The notes under the pieces are model-generated. The model was not told the origin of the DNA, ran no database searches, and saw nothing but the letters and a program-made list of their open reading frames with translations. A DNA stretch of 64,000 bases from Eledone cirrhosa (Eukaryota): contig OZ024741.1 of the NCBI GenBank assembly GCA_964016885.1, positions 186,248,001 through 186,312,000 on the forward strand, given 5' to 3'. The position numbers were made by a program, and so were the translations under genes. Positions 13,801 to 27,674 of the stretch are shown here, in pieces; the stretch's first letter is position 1; the number at the start of each line of letters is the position of its first letter.

Positions 13801-13855
13801 AATATGGTTTTATAAATATAGTTTCCATTTGTTTAATATCGTATATATATATATG

Positions 13856-13886
<31 letters not shown>

Positions 13887-14029
13887 GTGTGTGTATATGA
13901 ATACATACATATATATATATGTGTGTGTGTGCGTGTATGTATGTAAAAGGTAAACAGAAATAACAACACAATTGGTATAGTATATGGAAGGGATATATTA
14001 GGTTAACGCTTGATATAACAGGAAGATGG

Positions 14030-14065
14030 TCTTAACGTTTCGGACGCTAGGCCTTCATCAGAAGA
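14030..14065 (-). ncRNA. Minimal PLE-type hammerhead ribozyme
   Basis: TCTT-CTGATGA-AGGCCTAGCGTCC-GAAA-CGTT-AAGA; host repeat about 13947-14175. Confidence 0.7.
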
Positions 14066-14210
14066 AACAATGAGAAATAAGAAAGATTGAGGTGACGGGC
14101 GGGATGGAATTGGAAAAAATGTCTTTAGATAAAAATAACAGGTCCATTCATGTTCACATCTCTTGCAAAACTGTTATATTTATATATATATATAAGTATG
14201 TGTATATATA

Positions 14211-14381
<171 letters not shown>

Positions 14382-14398
14382 CCTCTTCGTAGAATCAA

Positions 14399-14494
14399 GA
14401 CGTGTCTGAGGATCTTGCGATTTTCAGAGTCAGGTTCGATCATCACATCGATCGTGCCTCGAGCTGGTCGCCAGAGAAACGATTGTAATATGTC
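14399..14494 (+). ncRNA. Type I hammerhead ribozyme
   Basis: Stem I GACGTGT/ATATGTC; CTGAGGA 14406-14412; stem II TCT.GCGA/TCGC.AGA; GAAA 14476; CGATTG-TA; degenerate relative near 23540-23625. Confidence 0.7.
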
Positions 14495-14778
14495 CAATAA
14501 ATTCCATTCGTCACGACACTGATTCTCTTTTTTTCTGTGATATCATACTCTGCTCTATGAGAGCATCGAGTGCTAAAACGGCCTACCGCAAACGGACGCA
14601 TTAAGCATCCAACACCAATTATATATATACTAATGTATTCATTAGTTATCAAAAGAAGACAACATATTTGAAAAGGAAGACGTTATTTAAAGAGTGTCAA
14701 CGTAGTTGCAGTTTAATGTAAGGAATAAGGAGTGTAATTATAGTTTAATGTAAGGAATAATAATGATAATAATAATAA

Positions 14779-14924
14779 TTGTTTCTACTTTTGGCATAAG
14801 GCCGGCAATTAAGGATGAAAGGCAAAGTTAATCTCAGCGGGATTTGAACTCAGACCGTAAAGGGACGTAACTGTGCTAGAAAGCATGGCGTCCAATCCTC
14901 TACCGATACTGCCAATTCACCGCC
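14779..14924 (-). mobile_element. SINE copy with internal deletion
   Basis: Same family as 7811-8195. Confidence 0.8.
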
Positions 14925-14949
14925 TTTGATAATATTAATAATAATGTCC

Positions 14950-15072
14950 GTTTACCATTGTTTCGCTACTCCATATAATATTTCTGGATCAAATGATTAT
15001 GGATCATTATTGATCTGGTTCAGGATGAAGATAAATAACTAAGGTAAAAATAATGGAGCGGCTCTTCAGAAC
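14950..15072 (-). ncRNA. Type I hammerhead ribozyme downstream of the 15485-16790 PLE ORF
   Basis: GTT-CTGAAGA-GC.GCTCCAT..ATGGAGT.GC-GAAA-CAATGG-TA-AAC on the minus strand. Confidence 0.7.
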
Positions 15073-15484
15073 TTCAAAAGAGATAATGAAAATATTGATA
15101 CAGATACGATGGAATAAGGAATATAAAGTAAGATAAGGAAAGATGGTTACGTGAATGTAATGTTCCATATATTGGTATTTCACTATGGTGTCCTGGGTCT
15201 ATCTATTGTCTGTTATAGGCAAGCATTATTCTTCTGTCGAGGCTGTATTAAGCGAGGTCTGCCTATGCGTAACAAAATGGCCACCTAAGGACATTTACCT
15301 TACTAATTAGAGACGGGTTTCAAGTGAAGTAACTTCTTGAGAATTTAGAAATTGTAGGTGATTTATAGCTAAGAAGTGCTAATGAGCTTAAGTTAGAGAC
15401 AGTGTAAGGGAGGTAACCTATAATTATCCAAGTCTGGGTTAAAAATTTAACATGCTAGCTATAAGTAAAAGTGAGATTAGATGA

Positions 15485-16790
15485 CTATGTTGGGTCGAAT
15501 ATTCTGTTGGCGAAGGAATTTGCCCTTCGATGTTGACAGCTAATAGTTTTCTCGTTTCTATCGTTAATCGGTTGAGGTCGTGATAGCGTTATGTAATAGG
15601 CCTCGGTAAGACAGAGATTACAAGAGTTTCTTCGTCCATTGAACGCTAGGGATGTAGCCAAGATATCCCATGTTAGTGAGTGTTCATTGTTGGTTAATTT
15701 AAGGTGTTTAATGAGCCTAGCTAGAGATGTTGCTAGGGTCTCGGAAGGAAAATGAGTGCGCGTTATAGCGTAGCTTAAAAGGGTTAGAGGTAGAGCCAAT
15801 ATAGAGCTTGTATGTGATGCTGTTTTAACTGTGCACCTATATACTATATTGGGTGTAAGGCATTGTCCGTTTAGTGGGCATGCATTAGGATGACGGCAGT
15901 TGCAGTTACTGCTGCGGTTAGTGAGAGTAGGGTTGTTTAAACTATACGGCTGGTGTGTGCTAGAAGGGTTAGATGGGGGAGGTATGCTACTAGGGTAAGT
16001 GTTGGTTTAGTGGTGTGGTGTATTTGAGGGGCGTGGTGGTACCGTGGTATGGGAGTTATACTGTCTTAGTTTATGATGGTTACTGAATGCGATGTAGCTA
16101 GCTAGGTTAGGTGTTGTGGAGAATGAGATTTTAATGTCGTTTTTATTAAAGAGTTTGTAATATCTATGGTTGGGGGGGGGGTTCGATAAGATAGAGAAGA
16201 AGCGTTTAGGAATATTAGTGGCTAAATTAGATGAGAATGGGGGGGGGGTTAAGCCAGGTGATATTTCTAGGCCTATTCCTTCTCGGGGTTCTAGTGGAGT
16301 TGTCAAGGGCCTTCATAGGGTTATTATTACCTGGGCGTTTGTTATTTGTCATCCCATTGCTCGTTCCTATTCTAGGGTTGATTCTGAGTCTGCTACTTGG
16401 AGTGGGAAGTAGGCCTCTGCCACCATTAAGGTTCCCTGTATAGGTGCTGTTACTGATAAAATTCCGGCGTATCTGGCTACATGCTAAAGTATTTCTAGTT
16501 CTAGTGTTAAATTTATTGTGGTTGTGGTGAAGTGCTGTGTTATGGCATTTAAGTATGCAGTAAATGGACTGTTCATAACCAGATTCAGAAAGGGCCTTAT
16601 AATAATATGCTGCATGGTTTATAAGTAGCTCCTCGTTTGCGGAGAGCATGAAGATCCTATACGTGATAGATTTGATGACTGCTCTGATGACTGCCGGTGG
16701 GTGGTTAGAGTGCGGGCTAATATATGTAAGTATTTCACCTGGTTTATGATAAGTTATTGTTAAGATCTACGGTAACATCCAGGAAGATAT
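15485..16790 (-). pseudogene. Penelope-like element fragment (RT end, thumb, GIY-YIG)
   Basis: FLDVTVDL, SPHSNHPP, ALSESGY, WLNPP, CNCRHPNACPLNGQCL..IVY, CNLCLTEAYYI, frameshifted. Confidence 0.85.
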
Positions 16791-17659
16791 TTATATCTGT
16801 TTTCAGTCGTCAGAATGAATGAAAAACATGGTGTTTTTATTAAATATGGATTTGAAAACAAAAATATTTAAGAAATATGAAAGTGAGGCTGAGAAACAAA
16901 CGGACGAAAGAGAAGGGTAGAAAAAAAATATAAATATATATTAAAAAATTAATCCAGAACGTAAGCAGACTCACCAGACAAATACATATACATGAAGTAA
17001 ACAATAAATAAATGAAAGAGAACAAAAAATATAAAGAGTAAAAAAATACAAAATAAAATAAAGGCGAAAGGGAGATTTGTTTACAACGATAAGTAAGAGG
17101 GTGAGGAGGGGGAGGGGATAAAAACAAATTAAATATATATATATATATGTATTGCAAGGTTTTTGATATGAAATCGTGTATCGAAACAAATATTGTTATA
17201 CTTGGGGAGGGTCATATTGTTATAATTTTGCCAGAAATGATAACAGAACACACTCACTGTTTGGTTTGACTTGGTTTTCGCTTCTGTATCCTTTATATCT
17301 CCATAGTTAATTTTATTTGGCATTCAATGTTTATTACAATACAATGGGAGGAAACATAATAGTACCACTGATAAATGGTATTTCTAGACTAATGCACTAA
17401 TTATAGGAGTTCCAGTATAATGTATGTTTGTATGTATATATATGTACGTATGTATGTATGTACGTATTTATGTATATATGCATATGTAGGCATGCACATA
17501 TGTATTTACATATACGTGTATGTGTGTGTGATTATATATATATAAAGAGAGAGAGAAATTAATGACGCCTAGATGATTAGAAATGTTTTATTCGTATGAA
17601 ATCATCAGGTATGTATGTGGTGACCCCCGACATAACTCTTGAATTTACATATATATACA

Positions 17660-18110
17660 CAGGGTGAGCATAAAGTCTTTCTTTGATTATAAAATACCAT
17701 ATCTCAGATATTGTTTGAAATTTTACTTTTAAATTGTTTTAAATTATAAATTTCAAGTGTAAAGTGTTTCTCGGCACGTTTTACCTTTCTTCTACAGGAA
17801 GTAGTTGTAATTTTCAATAACAGAATGACATCTATGAAATAAAAAGCTCGGTGTGTTTTGTGGTTTCACGAAACAAAATCAACAATTGTGGTTCAACAAA
17901 ACTTTAGGAGAGAATACGGACAAGGTCAACCAAATGTTAAAAGCAATTAGAACTGATACGCCAAGTCTAGAGTGTTGGTGACCTCAATAGACCTTGGCAG
18001 GCCAAGATTAATTTCAAGCACCAGAGAGACAGCGGTGAGTAAATGTTCGGTGCTGTTTGATGCATAACAGGATCATTGGACGTTTCTTTTAAGCCAAGTC
18101 TACCATTATT
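17660..18110 (+). mobile_element. Degenerate Tc1/mariner-superfamily transposon (DUF4817-like HTH N-terminus)
   Basis: CAGGGTG terminus after TA/CA; KARCVLWFHETKSTIVVQQNFRREYG..GRPR; VNV.C.L...IIG.FF remnant. Confidence 0.65.
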
Positions 18111-20083
18111 TTTTTATATACTGACGTAAATAATGGGGAGCAAATACCTTCCCATTTGCTCCAACAGATAGATTTACAAAAAAAAGATATTTCATTACAA
18201 ATATTTCATTACAAAAAACCCATATTTCATTAATCACTTCTACAAACACAATAGTAGATATAAAGACAAGACGGTTATAGTGGTATCAATTCGAACCTAC
18301 ATAGTCCTGTTTATTCAGCACGGTCATGGTGCTAAACAACAACTATTGCAATAACTAGTTGGAGGTAAAGCCTCTATGTGTTTGATTAACCTACTGGAAA
18401 TAGCATCTTAATCTTCGAAATTTTCACCATACCATCTTATATTATGTATTCTGCGATACACAAAATTTGAAAGAAAGGACGAATGGTTATGATAGTAATG
18501 CTTTGATTATATATTTGCTCGATCATGGTTGTCTTTTCAATTATGGTTTACACCGAGCAAAAAAGCCACAAAAAAGACACGATATCAGGAAGTTATAGAA
18601 GACATCGAATCTTCGTTAGATAGATATAGACACAACCCATCTATCTACTTTCATTGATGTATCATATTAACTGAAAATTTATAAATTATAGTTAGATGAA
18701 TAAAGTAGGTAATTGCAGAATTACAGCTTAATTTTTTGTATGTGATAAAATCCTGTTGGATTTATAATAAAAGGAAAGTATCTTCGCTATCCATTTCCTC
18801 ATTTGAATAACCTAATGTAACCAATTTTAGTAAAAAGAATATTCAGAATAGATAATAAGCTGGGATAAATTTTAGATCTAACAAATATAATTGTTAATTC
18901 GATGATGTTTGCAAATATCATGCTGGTAAGTTTATAGTATTATTACATTATCTGAGTGCAGCAGTCATTGTACCTTTACGATCTTACCTGAGTTAGAATT
19001 AATATTCAGCTTTTGTAGCAAGATAATTAATAAAATGATAAGCATGGGGAAACTTAAACCGTACTGCAAGATTGAATTCTATTTGTTATATATTCATAGG
19101 ATATATTCATGACCCATCCTTCATAATTTTATTTTATTTTGGTTTCTTTTCTTTTACTACGTGACTATTTGATTAGGTAAGCTATCCTCACATCCTGATG
19201 GAACAATTTGAAGGAAATTCCGTTGGGAAATTGAATTAAGGTTGGAAGATAAGGGACAGCGTAGCTGTTACATTAAATACAATTAGACCTCATCGCTTCA
19301 CACCAATATATGTAGCATCTCTTTCATTTATGAACCTTTCTGCATCAACCATATAGGTGTGTACATGACTGTTTCGTCATATTTGTATCCATGATTGCGT
19401 ACACATAATCGATGCACATATACACATATATGTATCAATAAATTTACGTTGTTATATATATATATATATATATGCATACATACAAACGTACATACATACA
19501 TACATACATACATACATACATACATACATACATACATACATACATACATACATACATACATACATACATACACAGTCTGACACTGCTCGTTATATTCTTA
19601 GTTCATACCTCAAGAAAGTCGACTTTAATTTTATTCTTTCGGAGTCTCAACGTTCAACTTCATCCGCAAGCTACAGTCAATTCATTCGACTAAATTCTAC
19701 CTCTAAAACTCAACAGTAGAACTATAAACATATAGTACTGGAGTATACACAACAAAGTTTAAGAAATAATTCAATACGAGTAATACATTGATACAAAGGT
19801 GTAAATCTCAATGAATTGATATTACTATAATTTATAATAACGTTATACTTTGAAATGAATAACGTTTCTTAATGTTAATGTAAAGTGAGAGGAAGGAAGG
19901 AGAAGGAAATAGAACTAAGTCAATCTGATGGATTCATCATAACGAGAACGAGAAGGTATATAATTTAAGTTTAATGGTTTATATAGTAAGCCGTTTGAAT
20001 CACTAACTGATTGGACGGAAATGATTGAGCAGGGCATTTTATCCAACACTTTAACAACGCTGGTAATTCTCTCTCTCCCTCTC

Positions 20084-20145
<62 letters not shown>

Positions 20146-20146
20146 C

Positions 20147-20214
<68 letters not shown>

Positions 20215-20253
20215 TATATGTATATATGTATATATATATATGTATATATATAT

Positions 20254-20995
20254 ATATAGAATTCACAAGAATCAAAGCTATGTTCAATGCATTTATTCAC
20301 TTACAATTGTTTCATCAAAAACCTAGGCTTGGGGTCTTCGGAGCATTTTTCAATGTTTGTACATATAATTGACCTCCTATCCAACGCAAGAAACATACAG
20401 ATACATATATATATTGATGTACAGTGGAGTGGCATATATTATACTATACTATATTTGTACAGCAATTCAAAATCAAAATTAAAATTAAAATACATTCGGC
20501 AGATAACACAGATAATGCAAGAGGATAGATTGATAGTTAGATCTAGTAGGTAGTGTATGCGCTAGTTACACATGGAGCATGCAAGTGTGTCTCATTTATA
20601 TACGAGTATTGTGTGGCAAGGTATTACATGTAATACAAGCACTTTAAGCGGGTAAGCAAGAGAATTATGGTGGTTGTAGTGGTAGGGTATTTTTTGTATA
20701 GATCAAAAAAGTATGTGCAGAAAAAGAGAAAGAAAAAGGAAAAGTAAAAACGAAGTTATAGTTTTGAAAAATGCTCCGAAGAATCCAAGCCTAGGTTTGG
20801 ATGAAACAATTGTAAGTGAATAAATGCTTTGAACATAGCTTTGATTCTTGTGAATTCTATATAACTGCTCTGTAGAACAACTGTTGTTATTACATTGAGC
20901 TATTTATCTTACTGGTAATAAGGTAGTAATAAATTACTGACCTTCCCTATTTATGGTTTAAAATATACATAACTATAATTAGTATCCTTAATATT
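20254..20995. mobile_element. Fold-back HHR element
   Basis: Inverted arms 20254-20353 and 20764-20862, tail to (TA)n; related copy at about 45332-45937. Confidence 0.75.
20772..20818 (+). ncRNA. Hammerhead-like motif with CCGAAGA core (inverted copy at 20298-20345)
   Basis: TGCT-CCGAAGA-ATCCAAGC/GTTTGGAT-GAAA-CAATTG-TA-AGTG. Confidence 0.65.
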
Positions 20996-21038
20996 ATATA
21001 TATATGTGTGTATATGTATATGTGTGTATATATATATG

Positions 21039-21108
<70 letters not shown>

Positions 21109-22912
21109 ATTCATTCTGCCAATATCACAGGAAACCACAAAAACTAATATTTTGCAGAAAACAAACAAATTAAGCTTAAAAAATGCAGGCACAAATTTAG
21201 TATTATATTCATACTGCCACTAAGCTTTCACAAGACCTATATGATACAATGTTATAAAGCAAAATACATTAACATAAGAGTGGTAATCATCAGAAGGCAT
21301 CTTGAAATTCTAGAAAATTATTAGTTCCCAAAGAGAGACCAGCCGTTTGTGTAGAATAAAATAATATTTAATACGAGCTGCAATAATAAAATAAAACTTG
21401 GACGTTCGGTAGGATGAAAGTGGTAAGTGGTAATGCTAGAAATAGCTCATATACTAACACACAAAACGCTACTCAATTAAACTAGGAGCATTTGTATCAC
21501 AGGAGATCTATACATAATATATAATGATCGTTTGGCTCAATGATAGCTCTAGGTGAGTATTAGTTCTAACTAACCAAGACCTCAGAGCTTTGAACACTGC
21601 CAATAACATAAGAAACCAGAAAAACTATTCAGATGATAGAATATATTTCTGAAATCATTCAATATCTTACAATTTGTTCAATATGAATTATTTAAATAAT
21701 ACTTATGCTGTCGCGTTATTTTAAAAAATGAAGAAAGAAATATATCGAACGTAGCTAAATATCATTAAATGCTGTACACAGTTAGAGGTAAATAAAAATG
21801 ATTTTAAAAAACTATCAACTGGTAAAAAGCAAGCACACAAAGAAAAATAAAGTGTGTTTCAGCATGGAAAACTACATTTTTAATGAAGAAATAATGTTGT
21901 CTCACAATTATAAAACAAAAACGTATATTTATCATGTCACGCAGGAGACGATGTTAATTATATAAAAATATTGAAAATAACGAATTATTTAATGGTGGAA
22001 GGGGGGCGGATCTGAATTTTTCTGTAAATGAGTATGGCATAATAAAAGTTGTAAGGAAATGGATAAAAAGTAACTCACCTCACCCTATTCAAATGTTGGT
22101 GTGATATAAGCGATAATTCAATAAATGATTATATACATGATGGCTGCCCCCTCGTTTCGTTATCGAGTATGGCCATTGCACCATATAACATTATTAATAA
22201 CTATCAATTAATGCTAACGTGCAATGCCTGTGCGTGAAGATTTGTTTTAAAGTGAGGAAAGACTGTGCACTGAGCCAATCCCAGTCTCTGAGCGGCAGTA
22301 GCTATAAGCCGAAAAGAAGAAAAGATCAACAACATCGGTAACTACTGAGCAGGAAGTTTTATGTCGGAGTTACCCACAGTTTCCTGAGTTACCTTCTCCT
22401 AGGAGAATGCCTTGACAAAGGCTCAGGGTCCGCCACTCCCAGTGGTTTAACCGCGCGATCGTGTATCCACCCCGATTATTTCTTTGTCCCCGTGCATATA
22501 CATACATGTATATACACATTTACACATTTTTGGCTGGCCGTTGACTCTTATGGCTTCTTCCACCCATTTATACACACATATATATGTATATATATATATA
22601 TAGTTGTTATATAGTAACGTGCAATATTAGTTGTGTAAAAAGTCCAATAACTTTATGTTAGCAATATTAAGTTCTCAACGCTTTTGTATATCTCCAATTC
22701 TATTCAAGGGAACAGCTAGATGATGTAAGTATCAAAATGAAAATCCGAAGGCAAGGTAAAATTCCAATCATTTAATCACGACACAATAAGAGATAGATCA
22801 ATTGTGAAGCCATGATCGATTATCACTGATCTCATCAGGTGAAAATGAATTGTCTTCAAATTCTTGATATGAGGGAGAAAAAACGATGTTCTCTCACAGA
22901 ATTCATTCCCTC

Positions 22913-22959
<47 letters not shown>

Positions 22960-23285
22960 TAGATATATATAGATATATAGGAGTTTCAATTAAAAAAACA
23001 TTTAACCTGATAACAAATATATTTTGATAATCCAAAACGGATCAATTTTTAACATCAATTTTTAACAACAATATATTAACAAAATCGCCTACCGGAATGG
23101 AACTGCGCTATTGCAATATGGTGGAAGGTTGTGTTTCCACTACACCAAAGAGAATGAGGCAAACTCTCTTGTTAATGTAATACCTTTATTCACTATATCT
23201 AGAATGCTAGAATGTAAACAGTGGAAAGGTGGAAGGCTTAAGGAGCGTTCAAAGAATTTATTTTGCTTATTATGGAAGTTACTAT

Positions 23286-23418
<133 letters not shown>

Positions 23419-23690
23419 TAAAGGTGCAAATTAATTGCTTCCTTAGGCGGTATGCTGAATGAGAACGCGATGCTCTTGGGGAGCAGAGTATCAATAATAT
23501 TAATATATAAGGGAACAAAGAATCATGATAACACATACATGAGGAGTTTCCGATTCCAGAGTCAGCTTCGATCATTAATCGATCGTTCCTCACGCTGATC
23601 ACAGTGAAACATATGTAATATGTAATTAAATATGTATATGATGCAACACTGATTCTTTGTTCACTTGTATATTAATATATATATATATAT

Positions 23691-24364
23691 CGTAATTTGA
23701 ACTCGGGAATTTTATATTCTCCGAGTGAAAAGTTCCTTCTGACGAGAGTTTATCTTTTCAATGGAAGGCCGCAAAGACTGTCCATTTATTTTTGAGACGC
23801 GAAACCGATTCGGTAAAGGTAACCATAGTAAGTACAGTGAATTTGTTGAAATTTATTTTGAAACTTTTTCTTATTTGCTAAATTTGATTATATATGTTCT
23901 GGCTCGTTAATTTATTAACCTGCCATTGAACCACATTGGCATATGTTTGGATAATACATGTGTCCCTATACGCTTTTTGCGTGTAGGGATATATACTTTA
24001 TTATTATTAGCTCCTCTTTGTCGAGATAAAATTCGGTCGTTTTGACTGCTGCTATTTATAGTGGTAGTAGACTGACCTCCCTGCCTCTGCTTCTATCTTC
24101 ACACACGGCACTGGACAGAATTGCTTCCACATCATTCTTTCTCATCTCGGGAACAATTTTGAATAGCGCTAGTTCGTAATTTGAACTCGGGAATTTTATA
24201 TTCTCCGAGTGAAAAGAACCTTCTGACGAGAGTTTATCTTTTCAATGGAAGGCCGCAATGACTGTCCATTTATTTTTGAGACTCGAAACTGTTTCGGTAA
24301 AGGTAACTATAGTAAGTACAGTGAATGTTTTGAAATTTATTTTGAAACTTTTTCTTATTTGCTA
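23691..24364 (+). mobile_element. ORF-less 1.4-mer tandem of a 484-nt HHR monomer (retrozyme-like)
   Basis: 23691-23880 repeated at 24175-24364; HHRs at 23735-23819 and 24218-24304. Confidence 0.8.
24218..24304 (+). ncRNA. Type I hammerhead ribozyme (sister copy 23735-23819)
   Basis: ACCTT-CTGACGA-GAGTTT..AATGGA/TCCATT..AGACTC-GAAA-CTG TTT CGG-TA-AAGGT. Confidence 0.8.
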
Positions 24365-26000
24365 AATAATAATATTACTTATAACTACATAGGTGCAACT
24401 TCATCGAACTTTAAACTGAGATTTTCCAATCATAAACATTCTTTTTCTAATCCGGATAAATAATGTTCTACTTCATTATCACAATTAATATGGTCTTTAA
24501 AAGAGAAAATTATAAAATACTCAATCTCTTGGATTAAACTTCGAAACTGTGAAGTATATCGGAACAATTCCATCTCACCTAACTGCAATCCTTGCAATCT
24601 AGAGATCTATTAATAATTGCTAATTATGGTAATTTAATTAATAAAAAAAGTGAATTATTTTCAAATTGCCTCCATAAATCTGCTAGAACATTTCAAGCAT
24701 CATATAAATTTAGGGAAAAAACATTGACTGAGTGTGAGAAGATATTGCTTTTTATTAATAATTCTTGTAATGCTACTATTAATATTATTATTATTATTGT
24801 TATTATTGGTATTATGTAAAATGTTTTACCTCACCTTAGGAAATGCATATCGGTTCTTTTATAGAGTAGGTTAATCTCTTGATTGATTAAATACCTTTAG
24901 TTTGGTTTTGAATCCTCTTTTTATGTTTTGAATTTTCTAAATTTGAGATCTGGAATACCTTCAGGCTTTCATACCTTTTAATTAATTTAAACATTTAGAT
25001 ATGTTGTACGGAGTTATTGTTTACATTTATCGTGTATAATTTTCGTTTTATCCAAATTGATTAATAATCTGTATTTAACTTGAATACAGTAAGATTTGGT
25101 TGAATCGAAATAATAATACTGTCAAGAGTAAATATAACTAATAATTAATCCTATATGTAATTGACAAATATTGATTTAAATAGTATTGTTTATAATATTT
25201 ATATTTCTAAACATTATATGAAATGCATATACAGATGCTAATATCCAAGTAAGTTATGTTAAACACTCATACTTATTTACTAAGCGTGTATGCATCATTG
25301 TTAGTTAATAATGTTTCTAACTTTTATTTTTATAACTAAATTATTGAATGTATTTATTAATTTAACTATGCTCCAGATTATCATTGAAAATATTTTATAT
25401 TATTTTATATTATCGTATATTGTTTAATTTTGATATAATATAATAGTATAATTTCTATCAAATACAATAGATTAAACATTTCCCGGTATTTAATTGATCG
25501 CTTCTACTTTTCTTTCTTTCTTTTCCGTATGCAATTATATATTCTACCATCTCTATCTCCCTCTCTTTGTTTTTATCTTCATCTCTTTATCTTTTTCCCT
25601 TTCTCTTCTATTTAGCTCTCTCTCTATCATTTGTTTTTTTTCTCTAATACGGATATTTACATATTTAAATATTTAAATATTTAACATTTATGTATTTATG
25701 TGTTTATGTAGTTATTGATTTTATTTATGTATTTATTTTTTCTACACTCTCTCTTACACACCCTCTACATTATATTTAGTTTGTCATGTTAGTACTTATG
25801 GTATATAAATATTGAGTTTTGTTGTAATTAATCACTGCCAAGACTGGATTTGAAACATCAGCACAGTTGAGATATGACATACAACAATTTATGTATTTTA
25901 TCTGATGAGGACGTACTGAAAAAACAGCACAGTACCTCCGAAATATACATAATAAAATATATTTTGATTACGTGAGCGTTACATTTATTAATATTTTGAA

Positions 26001-26005
<5 letters not shown>
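24365..26005 (+). mobile_element. 5'-truncated PLE: GIY-YIG remnant (about 24365-24720), long AT-rich 3' region, HHR, (TA)n
   Basis: YNYIGATSSNFKLRFSNHKHSF..STSLSQLIW..LINKKSELFSNCLHK. Confidence 0.78.
25894..25959 (+). ncRNA. Type I hammerhead ribozyme (relative at about 40113-40178, minus strand)
   Basis: 8-bp stem I TATTTTAT/ATAAAATA; CTGATGA 25902; stem II GGA.GTACTG/CAGTAC.TCC; GAAA 25940. Confidence 0.82.
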
Positions 26006-26051
<46 letters not shown>

Positions 26052-26060
26052 GCACACACA

Positions 26061-26128
<68 letters not shown>

Positions 26129-26269
26129 CATTTGAAAAAAAATAAAATAATGACTTCACTTTTAGTTCTAAACAATTTGATTTAATTTTGTAATATTATA
26201 ATATGAGTTGGTAGATCTACCTTTTTTAAATATATGTAACTGTACGAAGGATTCCACACATTTTCCAAT

Positions 26270-26358
<89 letters not shown>

Positions 26359-26510
26359 GAACGGTTATATATATATATATATATATATATATAATGATTA
26401 TTTTTTACAGATTACACCACTTCACCACTAATTGATTTGACATATGCCTTTAAACCATTGTTACCAAAACATATTTGTCCAGCAGTTTGTGTGCTTGGGT
26501 AAGTACAATC

Positions 26511-27636
26511 CGGAATGTTTTGACTGCTGTTTCTTGTAAACAGACATTCGTCTCATTCTGACGTCACCAGCCATGTTCTCCAAGTGTGTTTAATTTTTTT
26601 ATAATTCCCCACGAGGTGAACTAGCCTGCTTTTAAATTCCCTTTCTGGCAATTTTTAGGAGTGGATTTTGGTTATCGTGTTGAGCTGTACTGATGAACGA
26701 TTCCAACCGTGACTAACCCCACTGAAAGGTTTCATCAAATAGTATTTTTAAGACTATATAGAGCATTTGTAGTTTTTCCAAATTGAAGGATGAGTATTTA
26801 AACTTTTTATTCTGAGTTAAGACTCTAATAGTTTTTTCCCTGGATTTCACAAAATCTGTGGATAAAATCTGTCTTGATTTTTTTTAAATTAAGTTTGAAT
26901 TATTTTCCCATATCTTACGTTAATTATTTTCCATTTTGACGTTATAGTCACTTATATATTATGAAATACTGTTGACTTCTTGCTCATATTAATTTCTCTA
27001 TTTTCATTTATATTTATACTCGGAATTTTTCCGAGAGTGCTTAAAATTATTTGTGATTAATCCCGGTCTTTTTTTAAAAAAACCGCGATAATATTGCTAT
27101 ATGCTGAGCTCCATACATTCTTGTCGAGTTTTTTCGGAATGTTTTGACTGCTGTTTCTTGTAAACAGACATTCGTCTCATTCTGACGTCACCAGCCATGT
27201 TCTCCATGTGTGTTTAATTTTCATAATTCCGCACGGGTGAAATAGCCTGCTGTTAAATTCCCTTTCTGGCAATTTTTAGGAGTGGATTTTGGTTATCGTG
27301 TTGAGCTCTACCGATGAACGGTTCCAACCGTGACTAACCCCACTGAAACGTTTCGTGAAATAGTATTTTTAAGACTATATAGAGCATTTGTACTTTTTTT
27401 CCAAATTGAAGGATTAGTATTTAAACTTTTTATTCTGAGTTAAGACTCTATTGGTTTTTTCCCTGGATTTCACCAAATCTGTGGATAAAATCTCTGTCTT
27501 GATTTTTTTTTTTTAATCGAGTTTGAATTATTTTCCCATATCTTACGTTAATTATTTTCCATTTTGACGTTATAGTCACTTATATATTATGAAATACTGT
27601 TGGCTTCTTGCTGACATTAATTTCTCTATTTTCAAT

Positions 27637-27641
<5 letters not shown>
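26511..27641 (+). mobile_element. ORF-less 1.8-mer tandem of an approximately 625-nt HHR monomer
   Basis: 26511-27005 repeated at 27135-27634; ends at (TA)n. Confidence 0.78.
27305..27385 (+). ncRNA. Type I hammerhead ribozyme (consensus of the two tandem units is canonical)
   Basis: GCTCTA-CCGATGA-ACG..CGT-GAAA-TAGT..ACTA-TA-TAGAGC; the first unit has CTGATGA at 26690 but a mutated GAAA. Confidence 0.65.

Positions 27642-27671
<30 letters not shown>

Positions 27672-27674
<3 letters not shown>

Larger units (their letters stand above)
10910..13843 (+). mobile_element. 5'-truncated Penelope-like element with an inverted copy of its 3' end
   Basis: Inverted arms 11001-11255 and 13589-13843, each with an HHR; GIY-YIG remnant inside; both ends at (TA)n. 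Confidence 0.85.

Noticed and set aside
10910-13843. Interpretation of long inverted arms as DNA-transposon TIRs or MITEs
   Set aside because: Arms are asymmetric copies of retroelement 3' ends containing HHRs and enclose GIY-YIG/RT remnants, not a transposase
21490-21558. Possible micro-exon (CAG...AG/GTGAGT)
   Set aside because: Stop codons in all three frames and no partner exons found
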